64,000 nucleotides of DNA from Nitrospirales bacterium (GTDB lineage: Bacteria; Nitrospirota; Nitrospiria; Nitrospirales; UBA8639). The stretch is taken from positions 640,001-704,000 of the forward strand of contig CBDBCZ010000015.1 in the NCBI GenBank assembly GCA_965203295.1. The letters are read 5' to 3'. Made by a program: the position numbers and the translations under genes. Position 1 is the first letter of the stretch. Each line of letters opens with the position of its first letter. Shown in pieces: positions 12,799 through 26,100 of the stretch. The notes under the pieces are model-generated. The model had not been told where the DNA came from, made no database searches, and worked only from the letters and a program-made list of their open reading frames with translations.

Positions 12799-13640
12799 CA
12801 ACTTTCAATTTGCATCCTGAAACAGGAAGGGGCTACAGAAATCACTTCTACACATAGCTCTAACAATTGCTAGTTCAACAAACTTAACCAAAAGATATTG
12901 GTACTAACCTAAATGCAACACCCTTTGCTCTTTGATTTTTTGCTGTTAATAAATTAAACTACACAACCAGATGAAATTGCGTCCTGAGGGATTACAGGAT
13001 TTTAATATAGCCATTTCTGCCACTACATTGTATAACTGTCGCTCATTCAACAAACTTACATCATCACACAGGGAGAGACTACAGAAAGTTTAGCATAGAT
13101 ATTTCTGCCTCTATCCCATTGCTCATCAAACAAACTCACCCAAAAGTTACATCTACTACTCTTCAGTGGACCTGGCAAAGATTTCATGCTATTCATAACG
13201 GTACATAATCACTTTCAATTTGTGTCCTCACACAGGAAGGGGCTACAAGATTCATTTCTGCCTCTAACTACTGCTGATAGTCCACAAACTCCCCCAAAGT
13301 GGTGGCATTTACATATACACACAGCAACACATATATATATAGCTAATTAGTGAACCTCACAAAAATTTCTGATTCTTCATTAACTGCACAACCACTTTGA
13401 CATTACGTCCTCACACAGGGAGGAGCTACGGGATTTAATCCAGCAAATTCCCCAAATTACAGTGGTATTACATGTACATCTACTAAAAGCCCCCATCTCA
13501 CACGTAGATCTTTGGTGGACTTGCAAAGGTTTCTCGCTAATCACAAGATGACACAACCTCTTTGAATTGGCATCCTCAGACAGAAAGAGGCTACAGCATC
13601 AAATGTAGATATGATTGCCTCTAACTATTAGCTCCTTCAA
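12799..13640. repeat. Highly diverged tandem repeat, unit ~170-200 bp
   Basis: Motif like cactttcaattgcgtcctcacacaggaaggggctacag recurs near 12799, 12974, 13059, 13210, 13392 and 13557. Confidence 0.65.
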
Positions 13641-14188
13641 TTGTGGTAATGTTCCGCTCGAATGCGCAACCAGCGGGAAGGTTTGCAAGCATAATTTTGG
13701 TAGAGTGAGACAGATCCATGTGATATTGAGTATCTATGGTCATGATAGAGAACACTGAGGCACTGCTAAAAGATATTCTATAAAAGAGTATAGCTCATGA
13801 GGCCACTGAGAAGGTAGATGCTAGATGAGAACCTATCAGAGGATCTCTCTAGCTGAGACTGTTGGAAGAGATGCCAGGCTACAGCAGATGAGCAGTCTAG
13901 AGGGAGAGAATTGACTCGGCCAGTTGCACATGTATGCAAGCCGCTTCATACTTGGCTGCATTGAGATATGTCATGTTCAGAAGCACTACCTGGTCTGCAC
14001 CTATATATCTTCTGAGTATACCGGTATGTCTGAGAAGTCTTCGCCTCGAGCAACTCGAATCATAGAATAGTATTCCCGGTACGGCGAACAGGCGTGGCTA
14101 ACCATAGATTTTGTCTATATATGAAAGAAAAGGAATGCCGTTATCTGCAGAAATGTTGGAACATGGTGGAATGCAGAAATGCACGTGA

Positions 14189-14708
14189 GCTGTTCCCTGG
14201 TGTTCCTGGTGTTCCTGCTATTCCTTGCTGTTCCTGCTGTTCCTTGCTGTTTCTGCTGTTCCCTGGTGTTCCTGCATTTCCTTGCTGTTCCTGCTGTTCC
14301 TGCTGTTCCTTGCTGTTTCTGCTGTTCCTTGCTGTTCCCTGGTGTTCCTGCATTTCCTTGCTGTTCCTTGCTGTACCTTCTGTTCCCTATTGCTCCTGCT
14401 GTTCCCTGATGTTCCTTCTGTTCCCTGCTGTTTCCTGGTGTTCCTGCAGTTCCTTGGTGTTCCCTGGTGTTCCTGCTGTTTCTTGCTGTCCCTGCTGTTC
14501 CTTGGTGTCCCTGCTGTTCCTTGGTGTTCCTGCTGTTCCCTGCTGTTCCTTGGTGTCCCTGCTGTTCCTTGGTGTTCCTGCTGTTCCCTGGTGTTCCTGC
14601 TATTTCTTGCCGTTCCTTGCCATTCCTGCTGTTCCCTGGTGTTCCTGCTGTTCCTGCAGTTCCTTGAATTGGTGTTCCCTGGTGTTACTGCTGTTCCTTG
14701 GTGTTCCT
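14189..14708. repeat. Minisatellite of 9-10-bp units, G(C/G)TGTTCC(T/CT/TT)
   Basis: Continuous variant array; explains the overlapping low-complexity ORFs. Confidence 0.95.
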
Positions 14709-14725
14709 AAGTTGTATTGATTCTG

Positions 14726-14903
14726 CTGTACTGTGTGAACACTTTTGAGACCTGATAAAGAGTCCTGTATAAAGAGGTGTCTCATTTCATCTCATTTCAG
14801 GAATAATTTTACAATACGAAAGCCTATTTGGGACACAGCAAAGTGTCCTTATTACAGAAGTGTCCTTATTTCAGGGGTGTCCTTTAAGAGGGGTTTCACT
14901 GTA
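14726..14903. mobile_element. CAGTGAAACC-ended pogo-type MITE
   Basis: Reverse-complement similarity to 12640-12793; ends ggggtttcactgta. Confidence 0.7.
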
Positions 14904-15123
14904 TTACTTTAAAATTGTATGCAGTGTGGAATAGATATATTGGGTCAGGTCTGTCTCTTTAAGTGCAACCCTTGATTTCTTTTATTATTACGTTTTTATT
15001 GTCTGTGGTCTTTTTTTCTACTTATTATTTTCGCTGTGACCAAATGTATTAATTGCAGTTCCAACAGGTAAGTGGAAAGTGATTGATATTCTTTTGTCTA
15101 TGAAAGTTTTTACAAAAAGTAAA

Positions 15124-16911
15124 TACCGTATAGCCGGAAAATTTGGCAAGGACTTTAATTTATTATTATTATTATTAAATTTTAATGACACAAAAAAGGC
15201 CAGGAAGGCCCATAGGTCAAATCGAAGTAACAATAATGTGGAGTACATCAAGTAAGGGACATGAAACTCTGCTGGACAAATGTTGCTAACCGGACAAATG
15301 TTGCTAAATGTTGCTGGTCTCGAGACAACATGATAAATGTGAACCTATCCAAAGAATTCAGAAAATAAAAAGAAGAGTTCAGAATAAAACAACGGTTAAA
15401 TAGGTCCGCTCTAGCTTTCCCATCAAACTTCTGGCAGTCGATCAAGAAGTGCATTTCATCCTCCAGCACACCACAAAGCATGCATGTTCGCTCTTCTAAC
15501 GGAGTAGGAGTAGGCAGGGTATATCTCCCAGTTTCAATTCTTAACTGATGAGCGCTCGATCTCAGTTTGGCCAGTGGTACTCTAAGGTGCGGAGGGAGGT
15601 TGAGGTAGGGCTCATAAACTATCGAGTTTTTAAAAAGCCTGAATGTTCTCAGTTTTCTTGATAATAACTCACTACTCCAAAGCTGCAAATATTGGTCACA
15701 AAGCCTCTGTGAGAATTGATCAATAAAGTCGTTCTGTAGGATTCCTGTGGGGTTATTCCAGACATAGGGGAACCCCGCTTCACTCAGGACCCGTTTGACA
15801 GCCACGGCCCACTCATCTTGTGAGTCAGAGAGAGTCAGCTGATAAGCTTCCTGTAGCAGACTTGGGACGTTCCAGTATGTTGCAAGTCGTAACCAATATT
15901 TAACCAGTGCAGTTTTGTATCTAATCATTAAGGGAACACGTCCCAGGTCGCCATAAACAGCGAGATTGCTAGCGGAAGAAGGCAAACCTAGGGCAAACTT
16001 GCAAAAACGCCTGTGCAGCAACTCCAACTCATCTGCTTTAGAAAAGGCCCAAATCTCACAGGCATATTCGGTAATAGGTCTCACTAAGGAATCAAACAAG
16101 TGCGACAGGATATGAGGATTAGGATAGTGTAGGCAAGTCGCTTTCTTAATAAGGGAGTGTAGGGCTTTGTTGGCTTGACCTGCAAGCAGATTTATTGCTG
16201 GTTTCAATGATCCATTTGAGGAAAGTAGGAGACCCAGATACTTGTATTCCTTTACCACTTCAATTGGAATGCCGTTCAGGGTAACGATCAGCTCAATGTG
16301 GGATCTGGGGTGAGTGAAAGGGACTACCCTGGTTTTGGTGAGGTTAACTTGAAGATCCCATGTCTTGCAAAATCCAGAAAGGGTATCAACTGCTTTCTGT
16401 AGGCCAGAAACTGAATCAGCTAACAGAACTAGGTCATCAGCAAACATTAGTAGGTGAAGGCAGGAATTAATGAGAGTAATACTTCCAGCTTGATTATCGT
16501 CGAGTGTATTTTCTAAGTCTACCACATACAGGCTGAAAAGGAGGGGGCTGAGATTGCAACCCTGGTGCACTCCCCTTCTGCAGGGAAATTTACAGGAAAG
16601 CTCGTCTCCAACAGTTACCATCGATTTAGCATTCCCATACATATTCTGCAAAAGCTTAAGGATTGTTGAGCTTGTCCCAATAGAAGCCATCTTGGCCCAT
16701 AGAAGTGAATGTGTTTCGTTAAGGAGGTTGTTGGAGTCTGCCCAAAGAAGGAGACGACTGTTGATAATAGAGGTCAAGAGCTTGGCCATCACATTGAGTA
16801 GGGTGATCCCTCTGTAATTACTCGGGTCTGTCTTATCTCCACTCTTGAATATTGGCTTGATCAGCCCAGTAGCCCAGGTTTAATTCTCGCCAAATTTTCT
16901 GGCTATACGGT
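15124..16911. mobile_element. TIR pair of a minimal CCGTA-ended MITE enclosing the LINE
   Basis: ccgtatagccggaaaatttggcaag (15126-15150) matches the reverse complement of 16886-16910 (ccgtatagccagaaaatttggcgag) at 23/25. Confidence 0.8.
15161..16878 (-). mobile_element. 5'-truncated non-LTR retrotransposon (RT + C-terminal Cys/His region) with (AAT)n tail
   Basis: Open frame 16878-15248: IKPIFKSGDKTDPSNYRGITL, GVHQGCNLSPLLFSLY, LMFADD, YKYLG, LRIETGRY...CMLC...EDEMHFLIDC. Tail at 15161-15177; apparent TSD tttaatt at 15154-15160 and 16879-16885. Confidence 0.9.
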
Positions 16912-17189
16912 GTGCACAATAGCATACGTACATCGAGTGTTGATAATAATAACTAAACAATTCTTACAGCAAATTAAACAAGGTGAAGTTTTGCACGTGC
17001 TTCATGTAGTGATTCCATCCATATACAGGTAATAAAGCAGACACTATTATGCTGTAGATTGCATAATATGCATATCCAAAGCAAGCTATTCTACATAACA
17101 AAATTAAGTTGCCATCTCAATAGGGGATCTGCACAACATGAAATTAGCTATAAAATACAGCATCAATACCAGTCATGCTTTCATTTCCA

Positions 17190-20100
17190 CTAGTGCTGTT
17201 TCAGGCGGCCGACTTCTTCAACAGCAGCCCTATGAATACAAAACCATGTTCTTAGTCACTGTATGCTCAATTTCTATGTAGTGCACGTCATACTTGTAAA
17301 ATATTTTCATCTTCATGCATCTACTCGCAATATATCAATCTCTAGTTGGCTCATAGCTCCTAAAATAAATATTAAAAGCACAATAAAGACTAACCTCAGC
17401 TCCAGTAATGCTTTTTCCTTGAAGAATTCACTTTCAGCTAGACTTGCCTTGGCTTGTCTAAGTTCTTCCTTGAGGTACTCAACCTAAAATGTAGGATTAT
17501 GGGCTGGGTTTCATGCCTATAAGCTACATTGTTAATTTTATTCAATATTTATTGTACTTAGACCATAGTATGCTTAGATGGGTGAAAGTGCTTTAATTGA
17601 TGTACATTAGGGTGATGTCAAGATCCTAATTCCCAGGTCGAGAGTGTACGTAGTATAGCACTGCATTTCAGTACAGTATTAGATAATTAACCCATACATA
17701 CATGTACATGTCTTTTTGTTATGGTGCTGCAGAGAAACCAGAAAGATTTCATAGTTTCTCTACCATTGTGATTTTCAACCAGAATTTCTTACCGTCACTG
17801 GTATACGAGTGGTTTCTATTAACACAATACAAGGACTACAAAATTTTGAGCATATTTACCTCCTTCCTGAGATCTGCATTTTCCTGTTGCAATAGAAATG
17901 GCTGTTCTTTGTAAGCGGTACGTACTGTAGTAGTTGAAGAAAAGAAAACGTGGGTATAAAGACTTACGTACAGTACATAGTAACAGTGCAGGTCATGTGA
18001 CAATCATAATATTCCTCTACAGCAGCAAGTCTGTGAGCTGTGCTCTAGGACTGGCCTTTGTATTCTCTATGATACCTATCCTGAAGAAGACTACAGCCCA
18101 GCTGCTCATTATTCAAATACGAAAAAACATCAGCGTTTGATTTTGAGTCTGTGAAGCCAATTCATGGTTGGTAGAAAGAAAACCCCAATCAACATATGTA
18201 CTGAGAACCAACCAAGATTCTCTTAGAAGAGCCCAGCTAGAGTTGAGGTTGAGCTGTATGCTAATCCAAGCCAAAAGTGATAGTAAGTGCACAAAAAATT
18301 GTATGTGATTTAATCATGTGAACCATTTTAGAGGATATAATTGGCTAAAGGTAGCATGACTATAAAGGATAGAAGCTGTTGATTGCACAGATCATGCTGC
18401 CGTGCGTTAGATACCAGATGATGAATTTTTTCAACACTGGATCGATTATTTAAGCAAAAAGTTTACTTGCCTTTAAGACCCAGGTCTTCAGAATTATATG
18501 TACTGGTAAGGTTTCTTCTGAGAGATTTTTGCTTTATTTCTGAGTGACTATGTCTGGATTCTTCCTTCAATTTACTGTCTGCTGTGTCCAAACGTTTGCC
18601 TAATCGTCTGTCATCTGCTGGAATTGAGAAACAGATTAGGTGTATAGACAGTTACATTAAATATGCCTCTGGATGACTTGATCTGACTATCGAGCTAGAC
18701 CTAATAGTAATTTATAAGCTACTAAATTTCACATATTTTGTTGGAATAAAATTTCATAAGTTGAAAACAGTGCAACTTGCCTTTCCTTCAGGGATAGTCA
18801 TTCAAATTCCACTATCACCCCAACTGTCATAAAATTACTGGTCCTCAAATTCACTGCAGTGAAATTAACTATTAGGCTAATGTACCAAGTGAGTAAAGAA
18901 GCATGCCCCATGAATTTCTTGCAAAAAAAATTATGATATACTCTTGGTGCTGCTGTAGCGCTTACCCACATATGCAGGCGGAGCTTGTAAGATCTCCAGT
19001 CAGAGGTCAAAAGCAAGAACAACCAGATGTTTTACCTAATCACCATATATTATTCCTAGTATCCCAGATTAATACTACAAAACTCTAGTATCCCAGATTA
19101 ATACTACAAAACTCTAGTATCCCAGATTAATACTACAAAACTCTTAACAAGCCTTAAAGCCTCAAAATCATACCTCTCCCAAATCCCACACCCTAAAACA
19201 AATGCCGATCTCTTAAAATTATTGAGTGCACTAAACTTTTCAAAGCTCCCACGTACCAAACATACCCGTATTGTAGAATTCTCCCATGAAAGTAATTCTA
19301 ATATCATACACAGGACACTCCCAGAGCACATGTACATACAACACCCTCCAATTCTTCCCCACAAACATAACTTACACTGCCTATCATCATGTTTATCCCT
19401 ATGTCTTCCTATATTGCAAACTTCTGTGAGAAGATAAGCTTTCTGAAAGAGTAAAGAAATCCAGAAAAATTGGGGCCCAGCTGGGGATTGAACCCAGGAC
19501 CTTCTGAATACTAGTCAGATGCTCGTACCAATTGAGCTACTGGAGCCCCTTGGCAGATGAGCAGTAGGCAAGCTTCATATAGCCACTAAACCTGCTAGTA
19601 GCACTTGCCAGTAGGACCCAGCCAATTCCAACTAATTACTCTCTCATTATAGGCCATCTTCCCTTCTCCTAAACTCGAGGAACGTGCTAAACCCAGACTT
19701 GTACAATGCATGTAACTCTTCATTTTGACCATTAGTACCCGACCTAAATTAAACATCAATCCCATTCCGGGGTCCTCGAGCCCCTGCAAGTAATTCTGAA
19801 AATTCTATTTCCTTACAAAAAGACTGGTAAAGACTTTTACACCCAGACTTGTACATGTAACTCTTCATTTAGACCATTAGTACCCGACCTAAATTAAACA
19901 TCAATCGCATTCCGGGGCCCTCGAGCCCCTGCAAGTAATTTTGAAAATTCTATTTCCTTACAAAAAGACTGGTAAAGACTTTTACTATTTAAGCCATCAT
20001 TAAAGTCTTCATATCTCAACGCTTCATCTTCTCTTGCTAAGAACAAGTATACATGGTAATCTTCAGCTGATATTTCCTAGATATAAGTGCAGCAATAATT

Positions 20101-23100
20101 CACTAACTAGCGAATGCAGAGCATTGTGGGGCGAGCGTGAGCGAGGGCATGCCGCTGAAATAAGTATTTGTGATATATAGGACCATGCACCCATACGCAC
20201 GTACCGACAAAATCGCCATTTGCAGCACTAAGGGGGGGCTCGCTCACGCTCGTACCAATTACTTCCCTTCAGGTCTTCCTCTGCCTACCTCTACAAGGCT
20301 TGACTTCCCACTCACTGGCTAGTAGTAATCCAGGACATCTCTCACCATTCACATAATTGACTTTATACCACCACTTAAGTTTGCATCTATCCCTCCTGCC
20401 TTTCAAAGATTCTAACCCCATATCACTCTTACTGCTTCATTACACGTTTTAGAAGAGCAGCAAAATTACCTGCTCCTAGCTGAATGGATTCCAAGGAAGC
20501 TGTCTGCCATTTATTACAAGCCCACACTTCACTACTATATTCTAAAGGACTAAAACGAACAATAATTATCCTTCTTGCAACTATATTGTTATTGCTATTA
20601 CTTAAAACCTATGTAACTGATATTTACTACCTTCTGTACATGACTATCCCATGAACCATTATTAGCAAATTCAATGCCCAGGTAACAGTACCTTACAACC
20701 ACTGGAATGTCTTTATCTCCCCACTTCCATGTACATGCACCTGTATCAACCTCTTTAGAAAGCACCATAGCAACACTTTTTTTTGTTAGATTTAACCTCC
20801 ATTTCTACATTTATCAATGTTAGCAAGTCCTCAGCATTAATAGTTTAACCTACAAAATCATTGGCAAACATTAAACCCCCAACCTTAACATCCTTCTTAA
20901 TAGTAATGCCAATCCCAGCCTTCTTAACCTCCTCATCTAACAACAAAAATGGAATAGAGGAGGATACGTAGGCGACATACTACATGTACAACCCTGTGCC
21001 AGCCCTGACCTGCATTGAATGGTTTTGATTTTTTCCCTCTAGTAAAACAGTACTCTGTGTGATGACATACATATGTTCTTAATAACTCTCCACATCCTAA
21101 TCCTACATATAACCCCTAGTTGCCATAACTTAAACCATAAGCCATCATGACAAACTGTGTCAAATGCTAAACGAAATAATATTTACCATGCCTTATGATG
21201 TCAGAAGGAGCACCAAGAAGTTGCTTACTATAATCTGTTACCTAATTAGTATACGCATGTTGCTGCCAACTCCCAGAGTATATTCACTACGCATTCAGTC
21301 ATTCCCACATAACATACATAATTATCCTACATGTATATCTACCCCCTAATTCTCCAATAGTACTGTATTTAATAACTAAAATTTAAAAAAGGTTATTTAA
21401 ATTGCCAGTGACTATCGCCTTCCATAAGAGCCCTGTGGGCATGCTAATTGTGGATTCGAAGCTAGTATATGCATGACAATCATTCGTTCATTGCTTAACC
21501 CAGTTTGCGTGCATCACATATACCTTTTACACTTCGTGGACTCGGATATAGCATGAGGGACAAGACCAACATCCCCTACAGAGATACATATACAGCATAT
21601 AGAATAAATTTATTGATTATTATATATTATTTCAGCATCCCTATTATTTTTATAAAAGTTATTGTATGTATGTCCCTCATTTCTAGCAAACTTATACTTT
21701 TCATCAAAGACTACAGTGGATTGGGCTTAAATGATGACGAGATACATGTACTACATTTAGTGTTTGTTTTTGTTGAAAACTATAGCAAACATAGTGCAAT
21801 TAGCAAAAGACTAGTATAGCTGGTAGCAGCCCAAGACTTGGGAGGCAGTGATGAAGTGATCAATTAAGCTCCAGTGGTGAATGAAGCAAAGTTGTACTAT
21901 TGATTCAGAGTTTGAATCAAGTGTTGCCCACTATCCTAAAACCAAGGCCCAAAGCCCAGCAGTATCATAGAACGTAAAACCCAGATCAGCCGTAGCTAAT
22001 GTACTCTAAAATGAACATGAATAATAATTTTTTTCTTGGGGGGAGGGGGCAGATACTGATCACTTAATCTGTTGTGCCATCATGATTAGTAAAGAGGACT
22101 CACCACTGGTTCTACAGGAATTGCTACTGTCTTTTCACAGGCTTGCAAGACAACAAATGGGTCTTCATAGCCATGTTCCTGGTAGTATTTGGCATCGTGT
22201 TCCGGAAGAGCCATGGCTAGGGGAATCACACACCCGCCGCACCAATATTCAGTTTCTTCAGAGCTAGTGTGGGATGTGTACATGACATTTTGATTCCCAA
22301 ATCTACAGTGTATTTCTCAGCATTGCAGTGCTAGCACTACTATTTTGAAATACATTTGTCTCCACAAAAAATTAGCATGCATGTAAGTACATATACTATA
22401 GGTTTTATGTCAGCTGATTTAGGACAGCTTGCATGTCAGTAGCCTCATTCCCAGGCCTCCGCACAGCTTTTGTCGGGAACGAGGCTAGCATGTCAGCTGT
22501 TATATAATTTCGAAATTTACGTAGTAACTGTGATTCACACACAAAACTTGTACAGGATGAAAGTTCATGAAACTTAATGTGTACCTAAATATGTAAGCAT
22601 CCCAGAAATAGAACTCTCTCAAATATGCAGCCTTACTGTTTTGCATACATGACGATGTATTGCAGCTGATCCACAACTATATTGTATATTGAGCTATCTG
22701 AATCTTGCATAATGCATGCATGCATTCATGAGGGGATAAAAGGAAAGATGATCCGTTTTTAGGCTGCCCCACAATTACATCACCTACCAGCAGCAAGTAT
22801 CCTGAGACCTGAGAGCTATCAGGCTTTAACACAAATATTAATTTGCCAGTTTATACATATTATAAAAGTGAAGCGTAAACAGATTGTTTCTTTTGAAGTG
22901 TATAAAAGCTTCCCTTGAGCAATAACTCAAGGTGTTGGGTATACTAGGGTACATATATCATATATGAATACTTATATGTATGTAAACATCTTCATAATCA
23001 CAAACCTCTTCAGCCTTTCTACAAGAATTACACAGATACATTTACACAACTGCCCTGTCTAATGCTCCTGCAATTACATTATTATTCTTGATCACAACAA

Positions 23101-26100
23101 ATTATTGTGATCACCCATGCATGCTAGCACATTAAAGTTTATTAACAGACGTACCTGTATGCCCATATTTGGAGAGCACAGTCTTGATTGCGACAGGCAT
23201 TAAACTCGATAGGATCATCTTTCCAGCCATTGGTAGAGCAATCTTTTGCTGCTACTGTACTGGTTGAGTCCTATGTATGCAGAGATACACAGTACGTATA
23301 TGAACGTTCAATTACCATGAGCTATGCACATATTTCTTAGGGGATAGTGAATGCAGAGCCAATAATAATTCAGGTAAATATTTAGTGACCATGCCTGTAC
23401 TGTGTATGATATCTGAGATAGCGTGCTGGTCCTCCCCTTACACTACCCCACTATGTGTAAAGTATAATAGACCATGTCGTTGAGAAATACGGTGCATAAT
23501 TTGATGCATTAGCCCTCTGTTTTAGCATCGTGCCCAAGGCCGGGGTATGAGGCTATAGTCCTACAGGTTTTATATACGTAGCATGTACTACAAATATGCA
23601 GCTACGTGAGTACATGTACCGGTAATTCAACAACAAGCTTGTAAATTTGTAGCTACAGATGCACATATATGTACATGTGCGTAGTGCATGTGAGTGTACT
23701 GCTAACATTATCTGGATGCACATTAAGCTGTGACCAACCCTATACTGTTTCTTGACATCTGCTAAGAGTTGGATTACCTCCAAGAATCATACATGAATCA
23801 CAAGCATGATGATTATCCAATGCAAACGAAAGTAGTACATAGCAACTAGCTGTCAACTTGAAAAGCATGACACTTTCCTTATTACCTCACTGTCGCTACA
23901 CCAGAAGCTACTGAAAGCGCAATTAAAAATACAAATGGCTGTTGCTGTACATTCAGGTGAGTGGTTATGGAAAGTGGTCTTCTTGATCTGCTCCACACCT
24001 ACGTGTATAGCACGTTACTAAGCATATACATATACGTACAGCCATGGAAAACTCATACGACAAGTGCCCAGTTGTGTTTCGAGACAAGCGTGTTTGGAAT
24101 TCAAAAAATATGGCTGAGGATCATATATAAGCCCGGAAAAAAGGAGTTATAAATATAGCATAAAGAATGGAGACGTGTACCTGAAAATCTGAGTCAATTT
24201 TTATTGTGCAGCAGAGGTCATGGTTAGGGTCACACTTGACACCAGAAAGTTTCCTCACAGTCACAGTTCCCTTACAGCTGACCTTGAATCGTGGCTGCAA
24301 AGCTAAAAGAAAAAGGATGCAGAAAAAGTAGGACAATAGTGAGAAAAAAAAACTAGAAGAAGCAAATAACATACCACTAAAAGACGCTTCCAACAGCACT
24401 GCACCCTTTGGTTGGAGAGGCAGATATTTTACTTCATACTGCTCTTGACTTGTAGCAGAAGCTTGTTCAATGATACGAATATCAGCTACTGACAATACTG
24501 CTGCTCCAATGCATACATCATTTTTGATGTGTGACTTGGTATTTGAGGTAGCTTTGGTGGTGCTAGAAGAGAGCTTTGTTTTACGACACATTATAAATAC
24601 TTGTCTTGATTGGGAAGTGTGAAAAATTGCTTCTTCACACTGGTTCCAAACAACCGGTTTGCTGCTTACCATGGGTTGATTGGTGGTTTCAGCTCTTGCA
24701 TTACTTCCATTGATAGTGAGGACACAATAGAGACCCTCTGTTGGTGACTGCTTCACATTTTTGGTTGGATCCTGCATCTTCCCTATGAGTTGTATGAGGT
24801 TTTCATTAGAGGGTCGAGGACCATCAGCTATACTTGCTCCACAAATTTTTATTTTCAAAATTCCAAGAAGGTCACCTTTTCCTTTCTTGCTTTGAATTTG
24901 TTGAGCAGGTTTCTCAGTGGGCTTCACAAGATCACTCACTGAAAGCCTTCTCGGGTTTTGTTGGCTACTTCCAGATGCTGTTTGCTGCAGATCATTTACC
25001 CCTAACCTGCTTTGCGATGAAGCACTGGACAATTGTCGTGCATGACTATGTTTTGGCGCTAGAATGGCTGCTGACTGACTGCGTGGACGCATAATACGAT
25101 CCTTGATACCTTCAGCAGATGAATTTATAGAAGGTATAGTTGACATTGGGAGTTTACTTGTACTAGCACCACCAGTTGATTTTGTGTTACTTTCAGCTTG
25201 GTGTTCTGCAACACTAGCCTCTGATACTGATTTCTTTTTGGCTTGTAATGATCCATCGTTCTTTCTCTGCTTGTTCACTTTTTGCCCACTTCTGTCTTGG
25301 GCCTCACATTTTTGAGGTATAGCACTGTCACCAAGCTCTGACCCATTGTGCTTCATTTCTGAACCTGGAATAGGTTCTTGAATTTTTGTAGTGGCTGTTT
25401 CACTGACAGAATTGAGGTTAGCTGGTAGAGTAACTTGATGGAACTCATTCGTGACAGCAGAAGAAGGAGCATTCATGTGATGAGAACCAGGAGCCTTTGG
25501 CGCTATTGGATCATGTTGCTTTCTTATCCTTGATGTTTCAGGCTGCATGTTGTATGAGTTTCCTATCCCTGAACTGCTTTCTGAAAACACCTTTGACAAG
25601 AGAGGTGGATGAGGCAAATCTGAAGCCGGAGGTGTTACTACTGACTTAGTGTGCGGCTGCATGTGGTATTTTCCTGATTGTATCTGGGCAGGAAGCCTCA
25701 CTTCTGGTAATGGTGGACCTGCAGACATTCGCTGAAGTTTGTCTTGCAGTGATGCTTGAGTGCTTGTTTGTCTTCCAATCTTTTCTACAGTAGGTTTTTT
25801 ACCTTGTACATGAGGTTGTCTAGTCAGTCTAGGCTTCACAGAGCATTCTGGTTGGGGAGATATACTGGCTTCCACTTGCGGTTCAGGGGTGTTACAATCT
25901 TCATTATGTCTCGACCCAATTGTAACTTTGTGAAATTCCTCCATTGCAGGAATATTTGGCATGCTCTGATGCATACTTGACCTAATGGCATTCACTTCAG
26001 GTGATATTTCAACATCTTGTGAAACTATCGGGACTGCTATACCTTTCACTGTGCCCAGTTGTTTATCTTTTGTCTTTTGCTTGCGGCCTTTGAGTTTAAA

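Larger units (their letters stand above)
18970..21350 (-). mobile_element. Decayed LINE (RT to C-terminus) in an intron of the C2 gene
   Basis: Broken peptides GGLMFANDFVG, WEVKPCRGRQRK, FRSGTNG(L)NEEL, FVLGCGIWERYDF. Internal 29-bp x3 repeat (19056-19142) and a tandem duplication (~19691-19984). Confidence 0.7.

Noticed and set aside
14094..14785. Overlapping Cys/Pro/Leu- and Gln-rich ORFs
   Set aside because: They are translations of the 9-10-bp minisatellite in several frames.
19056..19142. 29-bp direct repeats as a CRISPR array
   Set aside because: The repeats are contiguous with no spacers, in a eukaryotic LINE context.
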